A stretch of 64,000 nucleotides of DNA from Squalus acanthias (taxonomy: Eukaryota). Positions 1 through 13,300 of this stretch are shown here, piece after piece (the first letter of the stretch is position 1; every line of letters begins with the position of its first letter). Both the position numbers and the translations under genes were made by a program. The notes under the pieces were generated by a model, which saw nothing but the letters and a program-made list of their open reading frames with translations, did not search any database and was not told the DNA's origin. Where the stretch lies: positions 43,896,001 through 43,960,000 of the forward strand of contig CM059427.1 of NCBI GenBank assembly GCA_030390025.1, in the 5' to 3' direction.

Positions 1-930
1 TTGTCCAAGTGACTGTTAATTTTGTCCCGGATTGTCGTTTCTAAAAGCTTCCCCACCACCGAGGTTAAACTTGCTGGCCTGTAGTTGCTGGGTTTATCCT
101 TGCACCCTATTTTGAACAAGGGTGTAACATTTGCAATTCTCCAGTCCTCTGGCACCACCCCCATATCTAAGGATTAGAAGATTATGGCCAGTACCTCTGC
201 AATTTCCACCTTTACTTCCCTCAGCATCCTAGGATGCATCCCATCTGGTCCTGGTGACTTATCAACTTTAAGTACAGCCAGCCTTTCTGGTACCTCTTTA
301 TCAATTTTTATCCCATCCAGTATCTCAACTACCTCCTCTTTCACTTTGACTTTGGCAGCATCTTCTTCCTTGGTGAAGACAGATGCAAAGTACTCATTTA
401 ATACCTCAACCATGCCCTCTGCCTCCATGCATAGGTCTCCTTTTTGGTCCCTAATCAGCCCCACCCCTCCTCTTACTACCTGTTTACTATTTATAAATCT
501 GTGTCCTCTAGTTTTCGACCCTTCCGCCAATATGAGCAGTTTCTCTCGATCTACTCTGTCTAGACCCCTCATGATTTGAACACAAGTCTTTTATATGCCT
601 ATAGAAGACTTTTGGATTCACTTTTATGTTAGCTGCCAGTCTATTCTCATACTCTCTCTTTGCCCCTCTTATTTCCTTTTTTACTTCCCCTCTGAACTTT
701 TTATATTCAGCCTAGTTCTCACTTGTATTCGCAACCTGACATCTGTCATACGCTCCCCTTTTCTGATTCATCTTACTCTCTATCTCTTTTGTTATCCAAG
801 GAACTCTGGCTTTGGTTGCCCTACATTTCCCCCTCATGGGAATGTAACTTGACTGTACCTGAACCATCTCCTCGTTAAAGGCAGCCCATTGGTGGATTAC
901 ACTTTTGCCTGCCAATCTTTGATTCTAATT
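1..930 (-). mobile_element. Degenerate CR1 LINE ORF2 fragment
   Basis: LNEYFASVFT..KSPGPDGMHPR motifs with frameshifts and deletions. Confidence 0.9.
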
Positions 931-1239
931 TACCACATATTTTAATATTAATGGTGTTTTTAGTCAACTGCTAACAGTTTACTATTACTGATGTTTAGAA
1001 CCAGTGTGTATGTACCATTCTATCGCATTGTTTTACACTGGGATATATATAAAACACAAATCAAACAGGTGATGAACTGCATTACATAAACATATCAGTC
1101 ACATTTATCTAAATTTGGAGGTTATGCAACTTCCAAACAATCATATATTAATTGAAGGTTTGGTCCTTTTCCATTATGCTATGTTATGTTGCCATGAATA
1201 GGGGATTATATATCAACCAACGTTAAAATATTGAAATAC

Positions 1240-1385
1240 CTTCACAATCTGAAGCTGATTCAGCGATGTTTTTACTGATTGCTCTACATCCTGATATTCT
1301 TTGGATTGCTGCTGCAGCTGCACAGATTTGTACTGTGAGTTTTGCATGTCATCCCAATGGCTTGGAATGCTGTCGCTTGACATTC
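1240..1385 (-). CDS. parp14: PARP14-like exon 15 (start of the PARP catalytic region)
   Basis: IPSHWDDMQNSQYKSVQLQQQSKEYQDVEQ..IVK; 146 nt, phase 1 to 0. Confidence 0.9.
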
Positions 1386-4300
1386 CTGAAAATATATCAA
1401 ATTAAACAGATCTTTTTTTTTTAGCATTTTTTTTTAGCTCATCAAAGAGATGGATATCAATGCTAGGATATTTTTTCACTTTAAGCATCCAATGTTATCA
1501 TCAAGTACCACCTGGTTAGATATAAGACAAGCCAGGCACACATTAAAGTTTCTCTGATTTAAAGGAATGCTGACTTCATGAGAAAAGCCTTTGGGGAAAA
1601 TTTTGTCCCATTTGTTTACAAACACATGAAATAATATGGCCTCTACTAAATGAATCAAATCATTTGGCCAAGATGTTGCAATCAAAAACAGTACACATGT
1701 CTTTTAGCTCTTTCGTCTGGGCAAATAAAAGGTTTGCAAAATAATTTATTTTAATTAAAAAGTATTCAATTAATACATTGCACTAACATCTCCAGCTGAG
1801 AGCAATACCCTACTACACCAACCAGATTATTTCCATTTACCACACAAACCATCTTTAGCCCCTAAAATTTGCCAGTTTAGTTCCAATTAACGACAAAATT
1901 ATAGGCAGTTTTGTACTATGAACCAATGTGCCCTTCAAACTGAATTGAGACTGCCCAAACTAACTTTATGTAGGTTTCTTTCTGGCATGCTATCATCCAC
2001 AGGGCAAAAGCAGTGTCCTGATCCACTGTACCACCCACTTCATCCCTTGCAACCAAATGCAGGTATCTATACTCCTTTGAATAAAAATGAGCAGTGTAAA
2101 TTATGTAGCATGAAAAACTTTACCTTCTGCTTTTAAAATCCTTTTCAGTTTAATTGTATTTCCTTGATTGTCAACTGCAGTATCTTTCCCCACCGCCACA
2201 GTATATTTTCTGCCCCGCACTTCAATCACAGTTGCAGTTTGGTTTTCAATGAATGCCTTTTCCAGTTTAAGGTTTGTAGCACTGTCAAATGGTACGAACT
2301 GAGTGCCTTGTTCAAACTGCCATTCCACCAAATTGCTGAGAAGTTCCTCGTCTCTTCTTCTAGATTCTTCTTCTCTGACATTGTTAACCATTTCCTGAAT
2401 TTTAGAATAGGCAGTCAAAACATCCTTAGCGAGACCACAAACTTTGATCTGAGCCCCAGATTGTTTGCGTTCCAGCTCTACTATGATTTGCAGACTTTTC
2501 TGGAGACGGTTTAATTCTTCGTGCTCTTTTTCAGAAAACTGAAATATGTAGTCACTGCTAATAACTTTGTCATCCTGCTCCTTTAAAATTACATTTTCTA
2601 TCCAGGATTTAGTGCTTTCTACGGCTTGCTTGTTGCTTCCACAGATCTCAAATAGAGCTGTCTCTATCTCATCTTTGAATATAACATGGTCTTCAGTGAA
2701 GAATTGTTTATTCTCTTTACTTTGATCCCCAAAAATCGCTGCTGTAAATGCATCTAGGAGCATCAGAAATATTATCCATTAGAACAAGACATAAATTCAT
2801 CATTTTTTTTTCTTTGTAAAATGTTCTGATACTTACTCTTCGTCTTTTTCCAGAGAGATTCTGTTTCTGGAAGATTGGATCCTCTACGTTTTTGCATACT
2901 GCTATGAAATTCATTTAACATTTGAGGTTGAAAAATGACAATGCGAATCTTCTGCAAAGAAGTTGGAGATTTTCTGTTTACAAACTCAGCGACTGAATCA
3001 ATCATTGCATCAGCAACTTGGGAAGGGTTTGCCTGTCCTTGTCCTATTTATTGGGATGGAAAAAAAGGTTTAAAATTGATATATATGACCTGGCATTCTG
3101 GTCACCTTTAACACAATCCATTACCTAAGGAGCCAATGTCTCTCAGTTCTTCCTGTGCCCGAGGTTAGTCCTTTAATTGACGGCAGGTCAGGGATTTCTA
3201 CATTCATTTTGCGAGCCATTTTTTTTTGGAACCATTTCAGTTCATGGCACCAAAAAATTCCCAGTTACAATAATAATGCTACTCAGATGTCAGGAGTAGT
3301 TTCATTACTGTATTAATGCTAAACAGCTAAAACATTTTAATTCCAAATAAAAGTGATTAAAATTTTACTTCTGCTCTGCTTATCTTTTCTTTCTTTTATA
3401 CCTACTATTTTTACTTTTTTATTTTGCATTACTTAAATATTCCCATTTTAACTTTAATTTTTTTCATCATATTTAAGTTTAAAAACTCTCATGATATTAT
3501 ATGCCTCTACCATCTTCCTGCATGAGATCAAACAAGCACAGCTAAAACTAGCTGCCAAAGCCTTTGTTAAGCCAGTGAACCTCACCCACCTTCTGCTCCT
3601 GTAACCTTGTTTGGGTCCAGCTCTCAATATCTGCAGAAGTGCCAATGAGCTAGTGTCTTTTTCACATCACAGAGTGGTTTTATTACCTGACAAAAATGTT
3701 TGCAGCCACAGAAATGGATTTCTTGACCAACTGACAGCTTGGCTCAGTTTGTAGTGCTCTAATCTCAAGTGTTAGGAAGTGGTGGACTTAAGCATGTAGT
3801 ATAGGCTGACACTGCTGGTCAAGATTCTTACTTCAACCAGAAAAGAGATTATGTTGTGATTCGTTCATTTACTGTTTGTGGGACCTGACTGTGAGCAAAT
3901 AGCTGCTCTGTCTGCCGACATAACATAGAAACATAGAAAATAGGTGCAGGAGTAGACCATTCGGTCCTTCGAGCCTGCACCGCCATTTAATGCGTTCATG
4001 GCTGAACATGCTACCTCAGTACCCCATTCCTGCTTTCTCGCCATACCCCTTGATCTCCCTAGTTGTGAGTATTATATCTAACTCCCTTTTGAATATATTT
4101 AGCGAACTGGCCTCAACAACCTTCTGTGGTAGAGAATTCCACAGATTCACCACTCTCTGGGTGAAGAAGTTCCTCCTCATCTCAGTCTTAAATGGCTTCC
4201 CCTTTATCCTTAGACTGTGACCCCTGGTTTTAGTTTTCCCTAACATTGGAAACATTCTGCCCGCATCTAATTTGTCTAAACCAGTCAGGATTTTAAACGT

Positions 4301-7300
4301 CTCTATAAGATCCCCCCTCATTCTTCTGAACTCCAGAGGATACAAGTTCAGTTGATCCAGTCTTTCTTGATATGTCAGTCTGGCCATCCCAGGAATCAAT
4401 CTAGTGAACCTTCGTTGCACTCCCTCAATAGCAAGAATGTCCTTCCTCAAGTTAGGAGACCAAAACTGCACACAATACTCCAGGTGTGGCCTCACCAAGG
4501 CCCTGTACAACTGTAGCATCACCTCCCTACTCCTGTACTCAAATCCCCTTGCTATGAAGGCCATCATGCCATTTGCTTTCTTGACTGCCTGCTGCACTTG
4601 CCTTCCCACCTTCAGTGACTGATGTACCATGACGCCCAGGTCTCGTTGTACCTCCCCTTTCCCTAATCTGCCACCATTCAGGTTATAGTCTGCCTCCTTA
4701 TTTTTACCACCAAAGTGGATAACCTCACATTTATCCACATTGTACTTCATCTGCCATACATTTGCCCATTCACCCAACCTGTCCAAGTCACTCTGTAGCC
4801 TCCTAGCATCCTCCTCATTGTTCACGCTGCCTCCCAATTTAGTGTCATCCGCAAATTTGGAGATATTACAATTAATCCCTTCGTCCAAATCATTAATATA
4901 TAATGTAAACAGCTGGGGCCCCAGCACCGAACCCTGCGGTACCCCGCTGGTAACTGCCTGCCATTCTGAAAAGTACCCATTTACTCCTACTCTTTGTTTC
5001 CTGTGTGCCAACCAGTTCTCAATCCACGTCAACACATTACCCCCAATCCCATGTGCTTTAACTTTGCACACCAATCTCTTGTGTGGGACCTTGTCGAAGG
5101 CTGTCTGAAAGTCCAAATACACCACATCTACTGGTTCCCCCCCCGTCCACCCTATTGGAAACATCCTCAAAAAATTCCAGAAGATTTGTCAAGCATGATT
5201 TCCCTTTCACAAATCCATGCTGACTTGGACCTATCATGTCGCCACTTTCCAAATGGTCTGTTATGACATCTTTAATAATTGATTCCATCATTTTACCCAC
5301 CACCAATGTCAGGCTGACCGGTCTATAATTCCCTGCTTTCTCCCTCCCTCCTTTTTTAAAAAGAGGGGTTACATTAGCCACCCTCCACTCCTTCGGAACT
5401 GATCCAGAGTCTAAGGAATGTTGGAAAATGATCGTCAATGCATCCACTATTTCCAAGGCCACCTCCTTAAGTACTCTGGGATGCAGACCATCAGGCCCTG
5501 GGGATTTATCAGCCTTCAGTCCCATCAATTTCCCCAACACCTTTTCCCGACTGATAAGGATTTCCCTCAGCTCCTCCCTCTTACCAGATCCTTTGATCTC
5601 TTTTATTTCCGGAAGGTTGTTTGTGTCCTCCACAGTAAACACCGAACCAAAGTACTTGTTCAATTGATCTGCCATTTCTTTGTTCCCCATTATGACTTCC
5701 CCTGTTTCTGACTGCAGGGGACCTACGTTTGTTTTTACTAACCTCTTTCTTTTTACATATTTATAGAAGCTTTTGCAGTCCGTTTTAATGTTCTCCGCAA
5801 GCTTCCTTTCATATTTTATTTTCCCTGCCCTAATCAAACCCTTCGTCCTCCTCTGCTGAGTTTTAAAGTTCTCCCAGTCCCCGGGTTTGCTGCTACTTCT
5901 GGCCAATTTGTATGCCACTTCCTTGCTTTTAATACTATCCTTGATTTCCCTTGTTAGCCATGGTTGAGCCACCTTCCCTTTTTTATTTTTACGCCAGACA
6001 GGGATGTACAATTGCTGTAGTTCATCCATGCGATCTCTAAATGTCTGCCATTGCCCTTCCACTGATAACCCCTTAAATATCGCTTGCCAATCTAACCTCG
6101 CCAATTCACGCCTCATACCCTCAAAGTTGCCCTTATTTAAGTTCTGGACCATGGTCTCTGAATTAACTGTTTCCTTCTCCATCCTAATGTAGAACTCCAC
6201 CATACTATGGTCACTCTTCCCCAAGGGGCCTCGCACCACAAGATTGCTGATTAGTCCTTCCTCATTACACAACACCCAGTCCAGGATGGCCTCCCCTCTA
6301 GTTGGTTCCTCAACATATTGGTTTAGGAAACCATCCCTTAAACACTCCAGGAAATCCTCCTCCACCGTATTGCTTCCAGTTTGAGTAGCCCAATCTATAT
6401 GCATATTAAAGTCACCCATGATAACTGCTGCGCCTTTTTTGCATGCACCTCTGATTTCCTGTTTCATACCCTCCCCCACCTCACTACTACTGTTTGGAGG
6501 TCTGAACACAACCCCCACTAACGTGTTCTGCCCTTTGGTGTTCTGCAGCTCAACCCATATTGATTCCACATCCTCCAAGCTAATGTCCTTCCTAGCTATT
6601 GCATTAATCTCCTTTTTAACCAGCAATACTACCCCACCCCCTTTTCCTTTTATTCTATCCTTCCTGAATGTTGAATACCCCTGGATATTCAGTTCCCAGC
6701 CTTGATTGTTCTGGAGCCACGTCTCTGTAATCCCAATCACATCATATCCGTTAACATCAATTTGCACAGTCAATTCATCCACCTTATTACGGATACTCCT
6801 TGCATTAAGACACAGAGCCTTTAGGCTTGTTTTATTAACACCCTTTGTCCTTTTAGACTTATGATTTAGTGGTGATTACATTTGAAAAGTAACCCATTGG
6901 CTATAAAGTACACATCCTGAGTATGTGATAAGGTACTATAAAAATGCAAGTTCTCTCTTTCATGTATGCCCTTCACTTTCCACTTTCTCACCCTCAATGT
7001 TGACTTTCTGCCTTCTTCCTTTCTTGCAATTCCTCCTATTATCAGCATCTTCTTGGTATCTGGGAAGCTAATAAGCCCCCACTTTCATCTTTCAGCATCC
7101 AGCTCATGTTTATAAGTTAGAAGAAACCAAGGATCACATGTAAGAGTAACATTGTCCACATATTTCAGGTACTTTACTAGATCTGGGCTTGCCTTACCTT
7201 TACAACTCCATTGCCTTTACTGCTTAGCTCTGATAGCATTTAAAAAAAATCTAACATTGCAGCCACAGAAAGCAACCTAGCCATTTAAAAAAAAAACTAA

Positions 7301-10300
7301 CTAATGTTATGGCTGGTGGGTTGGGGAGGGCGATGGATAGGAAGGATGGGAGAATTCTTGTGATATCTGGGAGTCTTGTGACTATAATTATCCTTATAGC
7401 CTTTAATCTCATATTTTTTGTAACAATGTTATTTTTCCCCAATTATCTCCATCCTGTCATGCAGCTGATTTTTCTTCCTGAAATACAGTTCCTAAAACAC
7501 AGGCAGCCCTACTGTATCTCTCTTAATTGGTCATACTTCATGTGTGGGCTCAGATAGTGAGTCCTCGCAGGCTATTTAACTGTGGAAAACATAACACCTG
7601 AACCCCATAGCTCCACACAATGCACTTTACAGCAAGGGTTGCTGGTTAACAGTCATGAGTGGAAACTCTGAACAATTTGTCCCCTCTCTAGCCCAGGGGC
7701 GCTGAGGCTGGTTGTAGCAAGGGCAATTAGGGATGGGCAATAAATGCTGGCCTTGCCAGTGACGCCCACATCCCATGAACGAATGGGAAAAAAAGCAACC
7801 CAAATGTCCCCTTGGCTGACACCAGCTAACTCAGTACTGACTATAAGTTGAAACTCAGTGCATTTTCCCAAAGGTGTTACTATTACTCGTTCAAACACGG
7901 TGGACTAGATGCTGAGACTTTTTTCCCCTTGGATGGAATGTCTTGTTGCCAACTTTGGCTGTCTCGATGCCGAGCTGATCATCTACCTGAAGGAAGGTGT
8001 GTTTAAGCTACATGTAACCCATCTCCATGCTAACAGTTTCACTGTTTCATTAAAAATCGTGCAATCAGGGCCAGTCTTATTACAAGAACTGTGAGTCCTT
8101 TAGTATATCACATTCTGACAACTCTCAGCATAAATGTCTCAGCATAGTATTACTTAGCTCCCTCAACCACCAGTTCCATATCTCCTGTTTGACTCCAAGC
8201 TCAGTTTCAGACATGATATCCTTTCCATTAAAGTTCAAGGTACAAGTCCCACTCCAGGGACTTGAGGACATAAATCTAGGCTGACACTCCAGTGCAGTGC
8301 TGAGCGAGTGCTGCACTGTCGGAGGTGCTGTCTTTCGGATGAGACATTAAACCATGGCCCCCGTCTGCTCTCTCAGGTGGACGTAAAAGATCCCCTGGCA
8401 CTATTTCGAAGAAGACCAGGTGAGTTATCCTCGGTGTCCTGGCCAATATTTATCCCTCAATCAACAAAACAAAAACAGTTTATCTGGTCATCATCACATT
8501 GCTGTTTGTGGGAGCTTGCTGAGCGCAAATTGGCTGCCACATTTCCCACATTACAACAGTGACTATACTCCAAAAGTACTTCATTGGCTGTAAAGCGCTT
8601 TGAGACGTCCGGTGGTCATGAAAGGCGCTATATAAATGTAAGTCTTTCTTTCTTATTCCAAAGATTGCATACTTCCAACTCCTCAACATTGGCAGCCTCC
8701 ACCCTTACCTCAGCTCTTCACTGCTGAAACCTTCATACATGTCATTGTCACTTCCAGACTTGGCTACTCCGATGCTTTCCTTGCTGGACTCTCTTCCTCC
8801 ACCCCTCATACAGTCATAACACTTAATCAAATTAAAGACACAACTTATGCATACCAGTTTCTCCAACCCTTCTTTTGGTTTTACTTATTTTAATGTATAA
8901 TGAAACACAAAATATCAGCAAATAAAAAATTGGGCAAAATTCAAACCTGTTCCAAGTGCAGGGAAAGCAACTGAAGAGAATTTGTTTTGTTCACACTCCT
9001 GAAGAACTCCACCAACAGCAGCTTTTATTTGAGCTGGGTTGGTTCGTCCAACCATGTGAATTATATTTCGACACTGTAGATTTCCTGGATTTGTAATTAT
9101 TATTCCACTGTTTGGCTGTAAGCCTTCAAAATAAAGAGAGAATTACTTCATCTAATTTTTGTATGCTTTTTGTAAAATAGAAATAATAGTAGAAATAACA
9201 GTTCTGTAATTAATAGTGCAAGTTTATATTTTAATTGCTTTTTATGAAGACAGTTTTTATAATCTTCCGTGGCACTGCTCACAGGTAATTCAGACACAGT
9301 GGATCAGTCAGATAGGGAATGGAGCACAGGTAGGGGAATTGCAACATAAAGGTAAAGAGCAAAGGAATTTGGTGACGTGTATATTGAGTGGAGATTCCGC
9401 ACGACATGAGGCCTGAGTTGAAGCAAGGACGGAATGGGTTTGGTTTCTTGTTATCTGGCAACTGGAAGCAGAAATATCTGGGACCTGAAGCTGGTGAGAA
9501 TGGCAGACTTAGTTCATCAATAACATATAGCGTATTTGCATTATTTTACAAATTAAAACCCTTCTTCTTCTCTTCTTAGGCAGTCCCTCGGAACCGAGGA
9601 TGACTTGTTTCCACACAAAAAATGAGTTCTCAGGTGACTGATGAGTCCAATGCGGGACCTACAGTCCATGTCACAGGTGGGACAGATGGTGGTTGAAGGG
9701 GTGGGTGGGTGGAGTGCTTGGGTTGCCGTATGCTCCTTCCGCTGTTTGCGCTTGGATTCCGCTTGCTCCTGGCGAAGAGACTCGAGGTGTTCGGCGCCTT
9801 CCCGGATGCTTCTCCTCCACTTTGTGCGGTCTTGGGCCAGGGATTCCCAGGTGTCGGTGGGGATGTTGCACTTTTTCCAAGGAGGCTTTGAGGGTGTCCT
9901 TGAAGCGTTTCCTCTGCCCACCTGGGGCTCTCTTGCCGTGACGGAGCTCCGAATAGAGCGCTTGTTTTGGGAGTCTCGTATCGGGCATGCGGACGATGTA
10001 GCCCGTCCATTGGAGCTGATCGAGCGTGGTCAAAGCTTCGATGCTGGGGATTTTGGCCTGAGCAAGAACACTGATGTTCATGCGCCTATCCTGCCAATGG
10101 ATTTGCAGGATCTTGCGGAGGCAGCGTTGGTGGTACCTCTCCAGTGCTTTGAGGTGCCTGCTGTACATGGTCCATGTTTGTGAAGCATACAGGAGGGCGG
10201 GTATCACTACTGCTCTGTAGACCATGTGCTTGGTGCTGGGTTTGAGGTCCTGGTCTTCAAACACTCTCTTCCTCAGGCGACCGAAGGCTGCACTGGCACA

Positions 10301-13300
10301 GTGAAGGCGGTGTTGGACTTCATCATTGACGTCTGCCCTTGTTGACAGTAGGCCCCCGAAGTATGGAAAGTGGTCCACATTGTCCAAGGCCTTGTCGTGG
10401 ATTTTGATAATCGGGGGGCAGTACTGTGTGGCGGGGGCGGGTTGGTAGAGGACCTTTGTCTTACGGATGTTTAGTGTAAGGCCTATGCTCTCGTCCGCTT
10501 CGGTGAAGGTGTTGACGATGGTTTGGAGTTCGGCCTCCGAGTGTGTGCAGACGCAAGCGTCGTCTGCATACTGTAATTTGATGACAGAGGTTGGGACGAC
10601 CTTGGATCTGGACTGGAGGCGACGGAGGTTGAACAGTTTTCCATTTGTTCTGTAAATTAGCTCCACTCCAGCGGGGAGCTTACTGAGGGTGAGATGGAGC
10701 ATTGCAGCCAGGAAGATCGAGAAGAGCGTAGGTGCGATGACACAGTCTTGCTTGACCCTGGTCCCTACGTGAATTAGGTCTGTGGTGGATCCGTTGGTCA
10801 GGATCACGGTTTGCATGTTATCGTGAAGCAGGCAGAGGATGGTGACAAATTTTTGAGGGCAGCCGAATTTGAGGAGGATACTCCATAATCCCTCACGGTT
10901 GATGGTGTCGAAGGCCTTCGTGAGGTCAAAGAAGGCCATGTACAGCGGTTGGTGCTGTTCCCTGCCTTTCTCTTGTAGTTGACGCGCGGTGAAGATCATG
11001 TCCATTGTGCCGCTTAGTGGGCAAAATCCGCATTGCGACTCTGGGAGGAGCTCTTCAGCCACTGGGAGAAGGCGATTGAGGAGGATTCTTGCGATGACTT
11101 TCCCTGTGGCAGACAGCAGGGAGACTCCTCTGTAATTACCGCAAACGGACTTGTCATTTTTCTTGAAGATGGTCACGATTACAGCGTCTCTGAGATCCCC
11201 TGGCATGCTCTCCTCCTTCCAAATAAGAGAAATGAGTTCATGTATTCGCACCAGCCGTGCTTCTCTGCCATGTTTTAGCGCCTAGGCGGGGATTCCATCT
11301 GCTCCTGAGGCCTTGTTGTTCTTCAGTTGTCGGATGGCCTTTTCAATCTAATGCCGGGCGGGGCTTGTGCTGAGGTGGTGGCGGGTAGCATGCTGCGGAA
11401 TGGAGTTGAGGACGCTCGCGCCAAAGACAGAGTCTCGGTTAAGGAGATCTTCGAAGTGCTGCTTCCAGAGGGCACTGACTGCCTCTCTGTCCTTGATGAG
11501 TACCTCTCCGTTCTTGGCCCGCAGTGGGGTAGGACCTTGGGTGCTTGGGCCGCAGGTGGTCTTGACTGTGCTAAAGAATCCATGCACATCGTGGTTGTCG
11601 GCTAGCTGCTGGATCTCCTGCGCTTTCTCCACCCACCATCTGTTCTTTAGGTCATGAGATTTTTGTTGGACCTCGGCCTTCAAGCGTCTGTAGAGCTGCT
11701 TTCTTGCTCGAGTTCTGTTGCTGTTTCCAGATCAGGAATGCCTTGCACTTCCGGCTGATTAGCTTCTTTATCCCCTGGTCGTTCTCATCGAGCCAGTCTT
11801 GGTGTTTCCTGGTCGAGTGACCGATCGTCTCTTCACAGGTGCTGATTATGGAGGCCTTGAGTGCAGACCAGGCGCTGTGGACACTCTGTGTCTCTGAATC
11901 ACTGGGAGTCGTCAGGTTGGTTGTGAGGCGCAGGCTGAATAGGGCTTTCTTAGCAGGATCTTTGAGTGCTCCAACGTTGATTTTCCTGCGGCATTGCTTC
12001 TGTTGCTGCCGCTGTTTTGGGGCAGACCTAGTTCATCAATAACATATAGCATATTTGCATTATTTTATAAATTAAAACCCTACCATATAGTTAGTTACAT
12101 TGGTTTTCCTCACAGGTACCTCAGAGAGTGCTCCCTCCTCCAAAATGTACTGGTGTTCATTGGACTCAGAAAGGAGGCAGCCTTAATCTGAATTCTGGGG
12201 GTTATAGCACGTAGAGCAATACTGGTGCGTTCTAGGCTTTATGGTCTGCCACCTGGTTAAGCCTCTTCATTCAGGGTAGGTGATAGTGACGCAATGATAG
12301 CTGTGGGAAATACCATGAACTCAAGTCCCAGGAATATGAAAAATAGATAGGGCTCCATCGGGAAATGTTATTGGAGAAATTTCAAACACAGAAAAGGCTG
12401 TAAGAGCAAGATTGGTGATTTATACAATTGAAAAAAAATAAGTTACAAACCTTATTTTTAGTACTAGCTCCTCAGATTACTGACAATGAGACAGGATTAA
12501 TTAATGAGCTCATAGTAAAGGATTCTCCAGGGAAGAGTAATTATAACATGATAGAATTTCATATTCAGTTTGAGGGTGAGAAACTTGGGCCTGAAACTAT
12601 CGAATGCCTTTTGGAAATCCAAATATACTGCATCCACTGGTTCCCCTTTATCTACCCTACTAGTTACATCCTCAAAAAACTCTAATAAATTTGTCAAACA
12701 CAATTTCCCTTTCATAAAACCATGTTGGTTCTGCCTGATCATGTTATGATTTTTCTAAGTGCCTTGTTACCACTTCCTTAACAATGGATTCCAGCATTTT
12801 CCCGACGACTGATGTCAGGCAAACTGGCCAGTAGTTCCCTGTTTTCTCTCTCCCTCCTTTCTTGAATAGCGGTCTTACATTTGCTACCTTCTAATCCGCT
12901 GGGACTGTTCTAGAATCTAGGGAATTTTGGAAGATCAAAACCAATGCATCCACTATCTCTGCAGCCACCTCTTTTAGAAACTTTGGATGTAGGCCGTCAG
13001 GTCCAGGGGATTTGTCGGCTTTTAGTTCCATTAGTTTCTCTAGTACTTTTTCTCTACTTATATTAATTATGTTAACTTCCTCACCCTCATTAGACCCTTG
13101 GTTCCCCACCATTTTTGGTATGCTTTTTGTGTCTTCTACTGTGAAGACAGATACAAAATATTTGTTTAATGTTTCTGCCATTTCCTTATTCCCCATAATA
13201 ATTTCTCCTGTCTCAGCCTCTAAGGGACCAACGTTTACTTTTGCCACTCTCTTCCTTTATACATACTTGTAGAAGCTCTTTTTCCCTTTTTATCAATTTT

